64,000 bases of DNA, taken from NCBI RefSeq assembly GCF_056712565.1, contig NZ_CM160072.1; one strand, given 5' to 3'. Each line of letters begins with the position of its first letter. The stretch's first letter is position 1. The notes under the pieces are model-generated. The model searched no databases and had not been told where the DNA came from. It saw nothing but the letters and a program-made list of their open reading frames with translations. Both the position numbers and the translations under genes were made by a program. Shown piece after piece: positions 12,373-24,576 of this stretch.

Positions 12373-13198
12373 AGATCCCCTCCGCTTTCTCTCGCCCACT
12401 ACTGGCGATTGCCAGCGGGGTCATAAACAAACTGTGCTGCGGTAAATGCACCTGTAACGCCGGAAATTGTTTGCAAAACAGCGCAGCTACGCCCGGTTGC
12501 ATACAGGAACCGCCCGCCAGCCATAAATCCGTAATGCCCTGCCCTTCAATATGCCGGGCCACAATGTCCGCCATTTTTTCGTACACCGGTTTCACCGCGG
12601 GCCAAATCTCGTCACCGTGACCGCGTTTGTACTGCTCTGCCTCTTCCAGCGAAATACGGCGATTTCCGGCGAGAGTCAGAGAGATGTGATGTCCGCCGGT
12701 GGCTTCATCCGCCGAGTACGTCACCTTGCCCTTTTTCACGATGGCAATACCAGTAGTGCCACCGCCGATATCCACTACACCGGCGTTGTCCAGTTGCAGC
12801 AGATCCGCGACTGCGGTTGGCTCATCCAGCACATGGCTCACTTCCAGTCCAGCAGACTCCAGCACGTTGATGGAAATACGCGGGTCCGTACCAGGAGGAA
12901 ATGAGGTCGCCGCATGGCTAAAACGGCGACCGAATTGCTGCTCAAGGGTGTCGAGATGGCGACGAACAATGGTGACCGCACCGAAGAAATCCCAGACGAT
13001 GCCGTCGCGGACCACATCGGCCCAGTCGAGGCATACCGCCACCGGCTGACCGTCGCGGTCGACAACCATCGACACCACATCGCAAGTGCCCAGATCCACC
13101 CCCAGCCACAGCGGAGATTCCGTCGCGGCAGGCGTCTGGTTACACAGCGTTGCCGCCGTTTGCAGACGTGGGGTGAGCCATTGTTCATCGTGCGCCAT
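12362..13198 (-). CDS. eutJ: Chaperonin-like (Hsp70/actin fold) protein EutJ
   Basis: 278-aa ORF matches recalled EutJ. Confidence 0.95.
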   Translation of the reverse strand: MAHDEQWLTPRLQTAATLCNQTPAATESPLWLGVDLGTCDVVSMVVDRDGQPVAVCLDWADVVRDGIVWDFFGAVTIVRRHLDTLEQQFGRRFSHAATSFPPGTDPRISINVLESAGLEVSHVLDEPTAVADLLQLDNAGVVDIGGGTTGIAIVKKGKVTYSADEATGGHHISLTLAGNRRISLEEAEQYKRGHGDEIWPAVKPVYEKMADIVARHIEGQGITDLWLAGGSCMQPGVAALFCKQFPALQVHLPQHSLFMTPLAIASSGREKAEGIYAK

Positions 13199-13208
13199 CG
13201 GTTACTCC

Positions 13209-14612
13209 TTAAACAATGCGAAACGCATCGACTAATACACAGCGACGCAGACGGACAAACGTCCGCGCGCTGGTTACCCCTTCACCGGTTGGCGTGGTGA
13301 TGGTCATCGTGGTCCAGCCTTCCCCGCCCAGCCCCAGCCCGGCAATACACGGTCCGTTCTTAACGAAAATGCTGGTATCAATGGCGTTCGCCATCTGGTT
13401 CATGTTTTCGATATTGCGCGAGTGCATTGCCGCCGTGTGGTGGCAACCGCCTTCCAGTTTCACCGCCAGCGCAATGGCATCCGCCACGTTGGCGACGCGC
13501 ACGACGGGCAGCACCGGCATCATCAGTTCGGTCACGGCAAACGGATGTTCTGCGGTGGTTTCTACAAACAGCAGTCGCGTTTGTTCCGGAACTTTAAGGC
13601 CGATTGCCGCCGCGATTTTCGCCGCATCGCGACCAACCCAGTCACGGCTGACGGTGCCTTTTCCGCGCTCGTCGATATTTTTCAGCAACACCGGTTGCAG
13701 TTGCTGCGCCTGCTCTGCGGTCAGTTTCACCGCATGCTGGCCTTCCATCAGACGCATCAGTTCATCGGCTACGCTATCAACAACAATCAGTACCTTTTCG
13801 TCGGCACAAATGATGTTGTTATCGAAAGACGCGCCTTTGACGATGGACTGAGCAGCACGGGCGAGGTCGGCGGTTTCATCCACCACTACCGGCGGGTTGC
13901 CAGCGCCTGCGGCAATCAGACGTTTATTGGTGTGTTTGCGCGCCGCTTCCACTACCGCTTCGCCGCCGGTCACCACCAGCAGGCCGATACCCGGAAACTT
14001 GAACAAGCGTTGCGCGGTTTCGATATCCGGATTTGCTACGGTAACCAGTAAGTTTTCCGGCCCGCCTGCGGCAACAATCGCCTGGTTGAGCAGCGTGATC
14101 GCCCGCTGGGAGACTTTTTTCGCCGCCGGATGCGGGGCAAAAATGACGCTGTTGCCCGCGGCAATCAGGCTGATGGCGTTGTTAATTACGGTTGCCGCCG
14201 GGTTAGTGGAAGGCGTCACCGAAGCCACCACGCCCCAGGGTGCGTTTTCAATTAGGGTCAGGCCGTTGTCGCCAGTCAGCACTTGCGGAGAGAGGCACTC
14301 AACGCCTGGTGTGCCGCGCGCCTGAGCGACGTTTTTGGCAAATTTATCTTCAACGCGCCCCATGCCGGTTTCACTGACGGCAAGTTCCGCTAAATCTCTG
14401 GCGTGTTTTTCGCCTGCTTCACGAATGGCAGCAATGGCTAACTGGCGCATTGCCACGCTTTTTAACCCTTGCTGGGCGACTTTGGCTGCCGCAACGGCGT
14501 CATCCAGGGACGCGAAAACGCCCATCTCATGAACGGCGGCGGGCGGCGTGTCACTGCTTTGCATTTTCAGCAGTACCGCTTTCACCACCTGTTCAATATC
14601 CTGTTGATTCAT
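13209..14612 (-). CDS. eutE: CoA-acylating acetaldehyde dehydrogenase EutE
   Basis: 467-aa ORF matches recalled EutE. Confidence 0.95.
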   Translation of the reverse strand: MNQQDIEQVVKAVLLKMQSSDTPPAAVHEMGVFASLDDAVAAAKVAQQGLKSVAMRQLAIAAIREAGEKHARDLAELAVSETGMGRVEDKFAKNVAQARGTPGVECLSPQVLTGDNGLTLIENAPWGVVASVTPSTNPAATVINNAISLIAAGNSVIFAPHPAAKKVSQRAITLLNQAIVAAGGPENLLVTVANPDIETAQRLFKFPGIGLLVVTGGEAVVEAARKHTNKRLIAAGAGNPPVVVDETADLARAAQSIVKGASFDNNIICADEKVLIVVDSVADELMRLMEGQHAVKLTAEQAQQLQPVLLKNIDERGKGTVSRDWVGRDAAKIAAAIGLKVPEQTRLLFVETTAEHPFAVTELMMPVLPVVRVANVADAIALAVKLEGGCHHTAAMHSRNIENMNQMANAIDTSIFVKNGPCIAGLGLGGEGWTTMTITTPTGEGVTSARTFVRLRRCVLVDAFRIV

Positions 14613-14623
14613 GATGTTCTGCC

Positions 14624-14911
14624 TTATTTGTGGAAAATGACCTGACCGCCAGACACCACCTCATCGACGATGCCAATCACGCACAGATCGACCGGTGACG
14701 TTTCGCTTTTATGCGCCTGGCGGGCGGAACTGCCACTCACCAGTAACACCCACTCCCCGGTTCCCGCGCCAATATTGTCGATGGCGACGGCGCATTGCCC
14801 GTCAGGATTACCTTGTGGATCAATCATTTCCACCATCAGCAATTTGTCATGCGCCAGTCCGTGATGGCGTACGGTACAAACAATTTGTCCAGTGACGACT
14901 GCCAGTTTCAT
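14624..14911 (-). CDS. eutN: Microcompartment vertex protein EutN
   Basis: 95-aa ORF 'MKLAVVTGQIVCTVRHHGL..' matches recalled EutN. Confidence 0.95.
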   Translation of the reverse strand: MKLAVVTGQIVCTVRHHGLAHDKLLMVEMIDPQGNPDGQCAVAIDNIGAGTGEWVLLVSGSSARQAHKSETSPVDLCVIGIVDEVVSGGQVIFHK

Positions 14912-15017
14912 ACCCGCCTCCGTGGCGTATTTCAGGTAAAAGCTCCCCCTACCCTCCGCAGAAGGTAAAATGAAAAAGGAGAGAGCGTGACGCCCGAATC
15001 GACGTCACACAGGGTGA

Positions 15018-15311
15018 TTACAGGTTGCTGCTATCGCCTTTCAGGCCGATCGGGAAGACTTCTTCCAGGTCGCCGTGCGGACGCGGGATAACGTGTACAG
15101 ATACCAGCTCGCCGATACGCTGTGCCGCTGCGGCACCTGCATCGGTCGCGGCTTTACAGGCTGCAACATCACCACGAACCATGGCAGTACACAGGCCGCC
15201 GCCAATCTGCTTAACACCAACCAGCTTGACGCGCGCAGCTTTAACCATCGCGTCAGAAGCCTCTATCAGTGCAACCAGGCCCCGGGTTTCGATCATTCCT
15301 AATGCTTCCAT
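15018..15311 (-). CDS. eutM: Microcompartment shell protein EutM
   Basis: ORF 15018..15353; trimmed to '[13 protein letters not shown]..' (97 aa) as in recalled EutM. Confidence 0.9.
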   Translation of the reverse strand: MEALGMIETRGLVALIEASDAMVKAARVKLVGVKQIGGGLCTAMVRGDVAACKAATDAGAAAAQRIGELVSVHVIPRPHGDLEEVFPIGLKGDSSNL

Positions 15312-15349
15312 TGTGCTTTCCTCTTTATCAGGGTCCAGAACGGGACCGT

Positions 15350-16366
15350 TCATTCAACCAGTGTTTGTAAACTGCTTTCGCGGTTCACTTCTGTCTGACG
15401 CGGCACAGCTGCCACCAGCGCCAGTTCGATAATTTCCTGCACGCTACAACCACGAGAGAGATCGTGCATCGGCGCGGCAAGTCCTTGTATCAATGGCCCG
15501 ACGGCACGATATCCGCCAAGTCGTTGTGCGATTTTGTAGCCAATATTTCCGGCTTCCAGCGACGGAAAAACCATCACATTAGCTTTGCCCTGTAACGGGC
15601 TGGCAGGCGCTTTTTGCGCCGCCACTTCCGGCACGAAGGCGGCGTCAAACTGCAACTCGCCATCGACAACCAGCTTTGGTGCGCGCTCACGGACGATTTC
15701 TGTCGCCTGCTGGACGTTGGCAACGCAGGGGTGACGGGCACTACCGTTACTGGAAAACGACAGCATCGCCACGCGCGGTTCTTCTCCGGTGATGGCGCGC
15801 CAGGTTTCGGCGCTGGCAAGCGCGATATCCGCCAGTTGTGCCGCCGTCGGCTGCGGCACCACGCTGCAATCGGCAAAGCCCAACGCCGGACCGCTGTACT
15901 GTGGCAGCATCAGGAAAATGGATGAGAGCGTTTTACAGCCTGGCTGCAAGCCGATAATGCGTAATCCGGCACGCAGCACATTCGCCGTGGAAGAGAGGTT
16001 GCCCGCGATACAGACATCCGCTTTACCGGCGCTGACCATTGCGGCGGCGAACATCAGCGGATCGGTAAGTTTTTCCAGCGCATCCGGCGGCGTTTTTTCG
16101 CCCGCGCGGGCCAGCCAGCGATGAGCAAATTCTTCCCGCATTGCGAGGTTGCCATGCGGATCTATCACCTGTAGCCCGTCCATCGCCACGCCGTGACTGA
16201 GCGCAAACTGACGAAGTTCAAACGGATTGGCGACCAGAATGGGCGTTGCCAGACCTTGTTGATGTAAATATTGCGCAGCTTTCAGCACACGTTGATCTAA
16301 CGCATCCGGAAAAACTACTCTGGCGGGCGCTCGCAACGCCAGTTCACGACAACGTTTAATAATCAT
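15350..16366 (-). CDS. eutD: Phosphotransacetylase EutD
   Basis: 338-aa ORF matches recalled EutD. Confidence 0.95.
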   Translation of the reverse strand: MIIKRCRELALRAPARVVFPDALDQRVLKAAQYLHQQGLATPILVANPFELRQFALSHGVAMDGLQVIDPHGNLAMREEFAHRWLARAGEKTPPDALEKLTDPLMFAAAMVSAGKADVCIAGNLSSTANVLRAGLRIIGLQPGCKTLSSIFLMLPQYSGPALGFADCSVVPQPTAAQLADIALASAETWRAITGEEPRVAMLSFSSNGSARHPCVANVQQATEIVRERAPKLVVDGELQFDAAFVPEVAAQKAPASPLQGKANVMVFPSLEAGNIGYKIAQRLGGYRAVGPLIQGLAAPMHDLSRGCSVQEIIELALVAAVPRQTEVNRESSLQTLVE

Positions 16367-17166
16367 TGCGTTTCCCCCAGTCGTTGTTGGATCTGCTTCA
16401 CCGTTAGCGGCTGCTTCGTTACGCTCAGGATCATCATCACGTAGACCGTGCTGGAAAGGCGGTTCAGCGCCTGCAAAATGTCCGGGCGTAATACTTCAAA
16501 GCTGCGGGTGATAAAGACCTGCGCCGCTACGGTTTCGGTTTCCCGCACTTTGGTGCGTAGCAGATTCAGCAACGCCGCATCGCGCCCGTGGCTGGCTTCC
16601 GGCACCAGATGATCGTGGTCGAGATAACGCAGCGGCTGGTGAGAAAGCCGATGCAGATCTTCGTCAGAAAGCCCGACAATCGCCTGGCAGGCCAGCGGTT
16701 CCCCCAGCGCATCGGCACGCATAATGTTGCCAAGACGCGAACGGATATCCGCCAGCCACGGCTGCCACGGTTCCGCCAGTTCAATTTGCAGCCACACTGC
16801 CAGCGCAATGGTGCTGTCGAGAACAGCGCGAAAAGCCAGGCGCGGATCGCTTTTGGCGACCATTTTTTCCGCCGACAGGTGAGTCAGCGTATCCGGCTTT
16901 TTTGCTACCGGCTGGCGGCACAGTTCGCAGCACGCCTGCGGATGTTCATCGCTACTGGTCAGCCCGTGAACGGGCTGCGGCTGCTGCTGTTCATCGTCAA
17001 CAAACAGGCGGCCCTGCTCGTCAATAAACTTGATGCGCAGATGGCGGCTTTCCAGTAACTCCCGGGCAGAGGGCGTCAGGCGACTGTCCGCAGGGAGATG
17101 GATCTCTGCGCCTTCGCTGAGCGTATGGTTCGCTCTTAGCCATGCTTCGGTGATGAAATCTTTCAT
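16363..17166 (-). CDS. eutT: Cob(I)alamin adenosyltransferase EutT
   Basis: 267-aa ORF matches recalled EutT; 4-nt overlaps with eutD and eutQ. Confidence 0.95.
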   Translation of the reverse strand: MKDFITEAWLRANHTLSEGAEIHLPADSRLTPSARELLESRHLRIKFIDEQGRLFVDDEQQQPQPVHGLTSSDEHPQACCELCRQPVAKKPDTLTHLSAEKMVAKSDPRLAFRAVLDSTIALAVWLQIELAEPWQPWLADIRSRLGNIMRADALGEPLACQAIVGLSDEDLHRLSHQPLRYLDHDHLVPEASHGRDAALLNLLRTKVRETETVAAQVFITRSFEVLRPDILQALNRLSSTVYVMMILSVTKQPLTVKQIQQRLGETQ

Positions 17167-17864
17167 AGGGATTGCCAGTTAGCCGGCCAGGCGACATACA
17201 GGAATTTCACGCTGGATGTCGTACCAAATTCGATACTGGAGCCTTTCGGGATAAACATCACATCGCCCGCTTTGGCGATCATAGTTTCGCCTTCGTGGCG
17301 AACATGCAGCTCCCCTTCCAGCACCATGTCGATTTCGTCGTAGTTCAGGGTCCACGGAAAGAAGGCGTTCTCCCACTGCATGAAACCAGCGGCCATACTG
17401 CTGCCGTCGTCTCCGGTCACGAGATCAGTCAAGCCTACGCAGTGCGGTTGTGCGCCGTCGAAACGACCAAACTTGACGCTGCTGCCATCAATAACTTTGA
17501 TGCCGCCTTTGCCGGTCACCGATTTAAAGCTCGGCTGCAGTGCACCCTGTTCCAGCGACTGTTTTTCCTTCATCACTTTTTCCATCAGCTGCGCGACCAG
17601 GCTTTCGGTAAACTGACCTTCCGGCAGTTGGGCGATAATGGTTTCACGGATGCGCTGGCTTTCGGTTTTATCGGCTGATGCGCTGGCGGGAACAGACGCC
17701 GTTACCGGGATCGATTCATCACATTCGGTGATGGTAAAACCCAACAGATCAGCCATTTCACGAGCTTCCGGGGTAATAATGCTGGCGCGCAGAACCACGG
17801 ACATTGCCAGTTCGCCGCGCGCGTGTGCTTCACGAATATCATTCGCTGTGATGAGTTTTTTCAC
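17163..17864 (-). CDS. eutQ: Cupin-fold protein EutQ
   Basis: 233-aa ORF matches recalled EutQ. Confidence 0.95.
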   Translation of the reverse strand: MKKLITANDIREAHARGELAMSVVLRASIITPEAREMADLLGFTITECDESIPVTASVPASASADKTESQRIRETIIAQLPEGQFTESLVAQLMEKVMKEKQSLEQGALQPSFKSVTGKGGIKVIDGSSVKFGRFDGAQPHCVGLTDLVTGDDGSSMAAGFMQWENAFFPWTLNYDEIDMVLEGELHVRHEGETMIAKAGDVMFIPKGSSIEFGTTSSVKFLYVAWPANWQSL

Positions 17865-18318
17865 CTGCTTCCTCCTGTTTGGTGAGAGATGCCAGATAAT
17901 CCACCAGTTGCTGCACGCTTTGCGGGTCGTGGCTGTTTAGCTCGAAAATCGGCTCTTCGAAGCCCGTCTCAAGCAATAACTTTCGCGTTGCGGCGACGTC
18001 AGCATCTGGCATGTCCGTTTTACTGATGACGGCGATTTGCCGTTTGCTGACGCCAATATCCAGCAACCCGGCAGGCAACCGACTTTCCGGGTCATTCGCG
18101 CCGTGGACATAGATCAGCATGTCCACATCCTGTAGCGTGGTAATTAAGGCGTGATACCAGCGGGGATGGCTAAAATATTCACCCGGCGTATCAATATCGC
18201 CATTATCATTAAATTCCACGGCCTGTGTTTTTCTTGCGAGGGTATAATTCCCCTGCAACGCATTAAATAACGTTGTTTTTCCTGCCCCGACGGTACCCAC
18301 AAACGCAATTCGTTTCAT
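17839..18318 (-). CDS. eutP: P-loop NTPase EutP
   Basis: 159-aa ORF with Walker A 'GTVGAGKTT'; matches recalled EutP; 26-nt overlap with eutQ. Confidence 0.95.
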   Translation of the reverse strand: MKRIAFVGTVGAGKTTLFNALQGNYTLARKTQAVEFNDNGDIDTPGEYFSHPRWYHALITTLQDVDMLIYVHGANDPESRLPAGLLDIGVSKRQIAVISKTDMPDADVAATRKLLLETGFEEPIFELNSHDPQSVQQLVDYLASLTKQEEAGEKTHHSE

Positions 18319-18330
18319 GAATGCCCCATA

Positions 18331-18666
18331 TTAACTTTTGGTCATTTCACAAAGCGTATAATTTAATAAGCGTCCTAAACCACTGACGGTTTGTGATAAC
18401 GCTTCTTCTACTGCGCCCACCGAACCATAAATCACCAGCGCGCCGCTAAAACGGTCGAGAAAACCGATATGCACACCGGCGGCTTTCAACGCTAAATCAC
18501 CGGCGATCATCGCCGTTTCTCCGGGAGTTAGCGTCATAATGCCGATTGCGCCCGCATCCGGAACGCCGATTTTCTTCGCCAGTTCCTCGCCGGGATGCGC
18601 GATGAGATGCGCCAGTGTGACCTGTTTACCGGGCACAAATTCCTGAATGATGCGTTCTTTATCCAT
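18331..18666 (-). CDS. eutS: Microcompartment shell protein EutS
   Basis: ORF 18331..18738; trimmed to '[15 protein letters not shown]..' (111 aa) as in recalled EutS; first gene of the eut operon. Confidence 0.9.
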   Translation of the reverse strand: MDKERIIQEFVPGKQVTLAHLIAHPGEELAKKIGVPDAGAIGIMTLTPGETAMIAGDLALKAAGVHIGFLDRFSGALVIYGSVGAVEEALSQTVSGLGRLLNYTLCEMTKS

Positions 18667-18913
18667 GAGTCGCCGCCTGTGAAAAACTTTCGTGTATCGT
18701 GACAATTTTTCGTCAGAGTAAATAACAAAATTCGGCAAGCGCGTTTAAAAGGTGAGGTAGATCACTAAGAATGGAGAGATATTTGCTGTGGTGCATAAAC
18801 TTTCATATGCAACGCATGAATATAAATAAAATAATATCGAGATATTTTATATACTGATTTTTTTATTATTCGCAAACTCAGTAATAAACTTTACTAATAT
18901 ATTGCAGCTAAAC

Positions 18914-18941
18914 CGCTTACCCTGAATATTCAGGGTAAGCG
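18914..18941. terminator. Perfect 11-bp-stem hairpin (CGCTTACCCTG-AATATT-CAGGGTAAGCG) just 3' of maeB; U-tract weak on both strands
   Basis: Inverted repeat read directly; position immediately downstream of the maeB stop. Confidence 0.4.
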
Positions 18942-18958
18942 TGAGAGTTAAAAAAGAA

Positions 18959-21238
18959 TTACAGCGGTTGGGTTTGCGCTTCAACCACGGCCAGCGCCAC
19001 CATGTTGACGATACGACGTACCGATGCGATCGGCGTTAACACGTGAACCGGTTTCGCCACGCCCATCAGCACCGGACCGACAGTCACACCTTCCGAGCTG
19101 GAAACGCGCAGTAAGTTGTAACTAATGCGGGCAGCTTCCATGTTCGGCATCACCAGAATATTAGCGGAACCTTTCAAAGGGCTGTCCGGCATACGGTCGT
19201 TGCGAATCGCTTCCACCAGCGCTGCATCGCCGTGCATTTCACCATCAATCATCAGTTCTGGCGCACGTTCCCTGACCAGTTCCAGCGCCTGACGCATTTT
19301 GCTCGACGACGGGCAGTCAGAAGAACCAAAGTTGGAGTGCGACAACAGAGCCACACGCGGTTCAATACCAAAACGACGAACAGTTTCTGCCGCCATCAAG
19401 GTGATCTCCGCCAGCTCTTCTGCATCAGGCTCATCATTGACGTAGGTATCGGCAATAAAGGTGTTACCACTCGGCAACAGCAGCGCGTTCATTGCACCTG
19501 CGGTGTGAACGCCATCGCGATAACCAAAGACATTTTTCACCACGCTAAAGTGTTCATGATAATCGCCCACCGTACCGCAAATCATTGCATCGGCTTCGCC
19601 ACGCTGAACCATGATCGCGCCGATCACTGTCGGGTTACTGATCAGCGCACGCTGCGCCTGCTCCTGAGTGACACCGCGACGCTTCATGATCTGGAAGTAT
19701 TCGGTCCAGTACTCTTTAAAACGCGGATCGGATTCGTTATTGACGATCTCAAAATCAACGCCCGACTTGATCTGCAAGCCCAGTTTCTGAATGCGCATTT
19801 CGATCACGTTCGGACGACCAATAAGGATCGGTTTCGCCAGTCCCAGCGTTACCAGTTCCTGAGTGGCATGCAGAACGCGCGCCTCTTCCCCTTCCGGCAG
19901 AACTACGCGCTTCGGCGCTTTGCGAGCCTGGGAGAAAATCGGCTTCATAAACAGGTTAGTTTTGTAAACGAACTCTGTCAGCTTGTCGATGTAGACGTCG
20001 AAATCAGCAATCGGACGCGTCGCCACGCCCGACTCCATCGCCGCTTTCGCCACCGCAGGAGCGATCTTAACGATCAAGCGCGGATCAAACGGTTTTGGAA
20101 TGATGTATTCCGGACCAAAGCTCAGATCCTGATCGCCATACGCTGAAGCCACCACTTCACTCTGTTCCGCATGGGCCAGTTCTGCAATCGCGCGTACCGC
20201 CGCCAGTTTCATCTCTTCGTTGATGGCGGTTGCGCCAACGTCCAGCGCGCCACGGAAGATAAACGGGAAGCAAAGGACGTTGTTCACCTGGTTCGGGTAG
20301 TCGGAACGGCCGGTACAGATGATGGCATCCGGACGCACTTCTTTCGCCAGCGGCGGCAGAATTTCCGGTTCCGGGTTCGCCAGCGCCAGGATCATTGGCG
20401 CACGGGCCATTTTCTTCACCATTTCCTGGGTCAGCACTTTCGGGCCGGAACAGCCGAGGAAAATATCCGCGCCTTCAATCACATCATCGAGGGTACGTTT
20501 ACCGTCATCCACCACCGCGTATGCAGCTTTGGTTTCCGCCATGTTTGGCTCACGGCCCTGATAGATAACGCCTTTTGAATCGCAAACCACGATGTTATGT
20601 TTTTGCAGACCCAGCGCTACCAGCAGGTTCATACAGGCGATTGCTGCGGCACCCGCGCCAGAAACCACCATCCGCACGTCGGAGATGTTTTTCTCCACCA
20701 CGCGCAAGCCGTTGAGGATGGCGGCAGTGCTGATAATTGCCGTGCCGTGCTGATCGTCGTGGAATACCGGAATATTCATCCGCTCGCGCAGTTTCTGTTC
20801 AATATAGAAACATTCTGGCGCTTTAATGTCTTCGAGGTTGATGCCGCCGAAGGTCGGTTCGAGCGCAGCGACGACTTCAATAAATTTGTCCGGGTCGAGT
20901 TCATCAACTTCAATGTCAAATACATCAATCCCGGCGAATTTCTTAAACAGAACGCCCTTGCCTTCCATCACCGGTTTGCCTGCCAGCGCGCCAATGTTGC
21001 CTAACCCCAGCACCGCCGTACCGTTAGAGATCACCGCTACCAGGTTACCGCGCGCGGTATATTTGTAGGCTTTTAACGGGTCTTTTTCGATTTCAAGACA
21101 AGGTGCGGCAACGCCTGGTGAGTAGGCCAGCGCCAGATCGCGCTGCGTTGCCAGAGGCTTGGTTGGAGAAACCTGGATTTTCCCTGGAACTGGAAATTCA
21201 TGGAAATCAAGTGCACTTTGTTTTAACTGGTCATCCAT
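18959..21238 (-). CDS. maeB: NADP-dependent malic enzyme MaeB
   Basis: 759-aa ORF (malic enzyme plus C-terminal PTA-like domain) matches recalled MaeB. Confidence 0.97.
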   Translation of the reverse strand: MDDQLKQSALDFHEFPVPGKIQVSPTKPLATQRDLALAYSPGVAAPCLEIEKDPLKAYKYTARGNLVAVISNGTAVLGLGNIGALAGKPVMEGKGVLFKKFAGIDVFDIEVDELDPDKFIEVVAALEPTFGGINLEDIKAPECFYIEQKLRERMNIPVFHDDQHGTAIISTAAILNGLRVVEKNISDVRMVVSGAGAAAIACMNLLVALGLQKHNIVVCDSKGVIYQGREPNMAETKAAYAVVDDGKRTLDDVIEGADIFLGCSGPKVLTQEMVKKMARAPMILALANPEPEILPPLAKEVRPDAIICTGRSDYPNQVNNVLCFPFIFRGALDVGATAINEEMKLAAVRAIAELAHAEQSEVVASAYGDQDLSFGPEYIIPKPFDPRLIVKIAPAVAKAAMESGVATRPIADFDVYIDKLTEFVYKTNLFMKPIFSQARKAPKRVVLPEGEEARVLHATQELVTLGLAKPILIGRPNVIEMRIQKLGLQIKSGVDFEIVNNESDPRFKEYWTEYFQIMKRRGVTQEQAQRALISNPTVIGAIMVQRGEADAMICGTVGDYHEHFSVVKNVFGYRDGVHTAGAMNALLLPSGNTFIADTYVNDEPDAEELAEITLMAAETVRRFGIEPRVALLSHSNFGSSDCPSSSKMRQALELVRERAPELMIDGEMHGDAALVEAIRNDRMPDSPLKGSANILVMPNMEAARISYNLLRVSSSEGVTVGPVLMGVAKPVHVLTPIASVRRIVNMVALAVVEAQTQPL

Positions 21239-21526
21239 TTGGTTGTTCCTTTCACGTAACGTTCACAAATAAAGTGTGTGGGCAACAGCCCCTGTCCACA
21301 ACGTGGCGCACATTATTACCCTGCCGGAGTCTACAGACTTTGAGCAAGTCCAAACTCTCACCATTAATATAATGTTTTGGTAATAATCCTATAACACTGA
21401 TGTTACCTGCTTAATCCAGCAATACCATGCCTGTCTGCTATGCTTTTTTGATGCGTTTAGCGAAATTTCTCAGAAGTGTGAATTAACGCACTCATCTAAC
21501 ACTTTACTTTTCAAGGAGTATTTCCT

Positions 21527-22477
21527 ATGAACGAGTTAGACGGCATCAAACAGTTCACCACTGTCGTGGCAGACAGCGGCGATATTGAGTCCATTCGCCA
21601 TTATCATCCCCAGGATGCCACCACCAATCCTTCGCTGTTACTCAAGGCTGCCGGATTATCACAATATGAGCATTTAATAGACGATGCTATCGCCTGGGGT
21701 AAAAAAAATGGCAAGACCCAGGAACAACAGGTGGTCGCAGCGTGTGACAAACTGGCGGTCAATTTCGGTGCTGAAATTCTCAAAATCGTACCCGGTCGCG
21801 TGTCAACAGAAGTTGATGCACGCCTCTCTTTTGATAAAGAAAAGAGTATTGAGAAGGCGCGCCATCTAGTGGACTTGTATCAGCAACAAGGCGTTGAGAA
21901 ATCGCGCATTCTGATCAAGCTGGCTTCGACCTGGGAAGGAATTCGCGCGGCAGAAGAGCTGGAAAAAGAAGGTATCAACTGCAACCTGACGCTGCTGTTT
22001 TCTTTTGCACAGGCGCGGGCCTGTGCAGAAGCAGGCGTTTTTCTGATTTCGCCGTTTGTCGGGCGTATTTATGACTGGTATCAGGCACGCAAGCCGATGG
22101 ACCCGTATGTGGTGGAAGAAGATCCAGGCGTTAAATCAGTACGCAATATCTACGACTACTATAAGCAACACCACTATGAAACCATTGTGATGGGCGCGAG
22201 CTTCCGTCGCACCGAACAAATCCTCGCCTTAACCGGCTGCGACCGACTGACTATCGCACCGAATTTGCTGAAGGAGCTACAGGAAAAAGTTTCGCCAGTG
22301 GTACGTAAATTAATCCCACCTTCTCAGACGTTCCCACGCCCAGCTCCCGTGAGCGAAGCGGAGTTCCGTTGGGAGCACAATCAGGATGCGATGGCGGTAG
22401 AAAAACTGTCTGAAGGCATTCGTCTGTTCGCCGTTGATCAACGCAAACTGGAAGATCTTCTTGCCGCCAAACTATAA
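21527..22477 (+). CDS. talA: Transaldolase A
   Basis: 316-aa ORF '[23 protein letters not shown]..' matches recalled TalA. Confidence 0.97.
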   Translation: MNELDGIKQFTTVVADSGDIESIRHYHPQDATTNPSLLLKAAGLSQYEHLIDDAIAWGKKNGKTQEQQVVAACDKLAVNFGAEILKIVPGRVSTEVDARLSFDKEKSIEKARHLVDLYQQQGVEKSRILIKLASTWEGIRAAEELEKEGINCNLTLLFSFAQARACAEAGVFLISPFVGRIYDWYQARKPMDPYVVEEDPGVKSVRNIYDYYKQHHYETIVMGASFRRTEQILALTGCDRLTIAPNLLKELQEKVSPVVRKLIPPSQTFPRPAPVSEAEFRWEHNQDAMAVEKLSEGIRLFAVDQRKLEDLLAAKL

Positions 22478-22496
22478 ACCAGCCACGGAGTGTTAT

Positions 22497-24500
22497 ATGT
22501 CCCGAAAAGACCTTGCCAATGCGATTCGCGCACTCAGTATGGATGCGGTACAAAAAGCCAATTCTGGTCATCCCGGCGCGCCGATGGGCATGGCTGATAT
22601 TGCCGAAGTGCTGTGGAACGATTTTCTTAAACATAACCCCACCGACCCAACCTGGTATGACCGTGACCGCTTTATTCTTTCCAACGGTCACGCGTCGATG
22701 CTGCTCTACAGTTTGCTGCATCTGACCGGTTACGACCTGCCACTGGAAGAACTGAAGAACTTCCGTCAGTTGCATTCGAAAACCCCTGGTCACCCGGAAA
22801 TCGGCTATACGCCAGGTGTTGAAACCACCACCGGTCCTCTTGGACAAGGTTTGGCGAACGCCGTCGGGCTGGCGATAGCAGAGCGTACGCTGGCGGCGCA
22901 GTTTAATCAGCCGGATCATGAAATTGTCGATCACTTCACCTATGTGTTTATGGGCGACGGCTGCCTGATGGAAGGTATCTCTCACGAAGTCTGTTCGCTG
23001 GCGGGCACGCTGGGGCTGGGCAAGCTGATTGGTTTTTACGATCACAACGGTATTTCCATCGACGGTGAAACCGAAGGCTGGTTTACCGACGATACGGCAA
23101 AACGTTTTGAAGCCTATCACTGGCATGTGATCCATGAAATCGACGGCCACGATCCGCAGGCGGTGAAGGAAGCGATCCTTGAAGCGCAAAGCGTGAAAGA
23201 TAAGCCGTCGCTGATTATCTGCCGTACGGTGATTGGCTTTGGTTCGCCGAATAAAGCAGGTAAGGAAGAGGCGCACGGCGCACCACTGGGGGAAGAAGAA
23301 GTGGCGCTGGCACGGCAAAAACTGGGCTGGCACCATCCGCCATTTGAGATCCCTAAAGAGATTTATCACGCCTGGAATGCCCGCGAAAAAGGCGAAAAAG
23401 CGCAGCAGCGCTGGAATGAGAAGTTTGCCGCCTATAAAAAGGCTCATCCGCAACTGGCAGAAGAGTTTACCCGTCGGATGAGCGGCGGTTTGCCGAAGGA
23501 CTGGGAGAAAACGACTCAGAAATATATCAATGAGTTGCAGGCGAATCCGGCGAAAATCGCTACCCGTAAGGCTTCGCAAAATACGCTTAACGCTTACGGG
23601 CCGATGCTGCCTGAGTTGCTCGGCGGTTCGGCGGATCTGGCTCCCAGCAACCTGACCATCTGGAAAGGTTCTGTGTCGCTGAAGGAAGATCCGGCGGGCA
23701 ACTACATTCACTACGGGGTGCGTGAATTTGGTATGACCGCTATCGCCAACGGCATCGCGCACCACGGCGGCTTTGTGCCGTATACCGCGACGTTCCTGAT
23801 GTTTGTTGAATACGCCCGTAACGCCGCGCGGATGGCGGCACTGATGAAAGCGCGGCAGATTATGGTTTATACCCACGACTCAATTGGTCTGGGCGAAGAT
23901 GGTCCGACGCACCAGGCTGTTGAGCAACTGGCTAGTCTGCGCTTAACGCCAAATTTCAGCACCTGGCGACCGTGCGATCAGGTGGAAGCGGCGGTTGGCT
24001 GGAAGCTGGCGGTTGAGCGCCACAACGGACCGACAGCACTGATCCTCTCAAGGCAGAATCTGGCACAGGTAGAACGAACACCGGATCAGGTTAAAGAGAT
24101 TGCTCGTGGCGGTTATGTGCTGAAAGACAGCGGCGGTAAGCCAGATATTATTCTGATTGCCACCGGTTCAGAGATGGAAATCACCCTGCAAGCGGCAGAG
24201 AAATTAGCGGGAGAAGGTCGCAATGTTCGCGTGGTTTCCCTGCCCTCGACCGATATTTTCGATGCCCAGGATGAGGAATATCGCGAGTCGGTACTGCCTT
24301 CAAATGTTTCTGCCCGCGTGGCAGTAGAAGCGGGTATTGCCGATTACTGGTACAAATATGTTGGTCTGAAAGGGGCAATTGTCGGGATGACAGGTTATGG
24401 GGAATCAGCTCCGGCGGATAAGCTGTTCCCGTTCTTTGGCTTTACCGCCGAGAATATTGTGGCAAAAGCGCATAAGGTACTGGGAGTGAAAGGTGCCTGA
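22497..24500 (+). CDS. tktB: Transketolase 2
   Basis: ORF 22434..24500; recalled TktB begins '[18 protein letters not shown]' (667 aa). Confidence 0.95.
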   Translation: MSRKDLANAIRALSMDAVQKANSGHPGAPMGMADIAEVLWNDFLKHNPTDPTWYDRDRFILSNGHASMLLYSLLHLTGYDLPLEELKNFRQLHSKTPGHPEIGYTPGVETTTGPLGQGLANAVGLAIAERTLAAQFNQPDHEIVDHFTYVFMGDGCLMEGISHEVCSLAGTLGLGKLIGFYDHNGISIDGETEGWFTDDTAKRFEAYHWHVIHEIDGHDPQAVKEAILEAQSVKDKPSLIICRTVIGFGSPNKAGKEEAHGAPLGEEEVALARQKLGWHHPPFEIPKEIYHAWNAREKGEKAQQRWNEKFAAYKKAHPQLAEEFTRRMSGGLPKDWEKTTQKYINELQANPAKIATRKASQNTLNAYGPMLPELLGGSADLAPSNLTIWKGSVSLKEDPAGNYIHYGVREFGMTAIANGIAHHGGFVPYTATFLMFVEYARNAARMAALMKARQIMVYTHDSIGLGEDGPTHQAVEQLASLRLTPNFSTWRPCDQVEAAVGWKLAVERHNGPTALILSRQNLAQVERTPDQVKEIARGGYVLKDSGGKPDIILIATGSEMEITLQAAEKLAGEGRNVRVVSLPSTDIFDAQDEEYRESVLPSNVSARVAVEAGIADYWYKYVGLKGAIVGMTGYGESAPADKLFPFFGFTAENIVAKAHKVLGVKGA

Positions 24501-24519
24501 TGGTGATCGCAGGATGCTG

Positions 24520-24560
24520 ATTGTCGGATGTGACGCTGGCGCGTCTTATCCGGTCTACAT
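24520..24560. repeat. REP element (GTCGGATGTGACGCTGGCGCGTCTTATCCGGTCTACA)
   Basis: REP consensus recognisable between tktB and ypfG. Confidence 0.75.
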
Positions 24561-24576
24561 GTCCCCGCCATTTTTT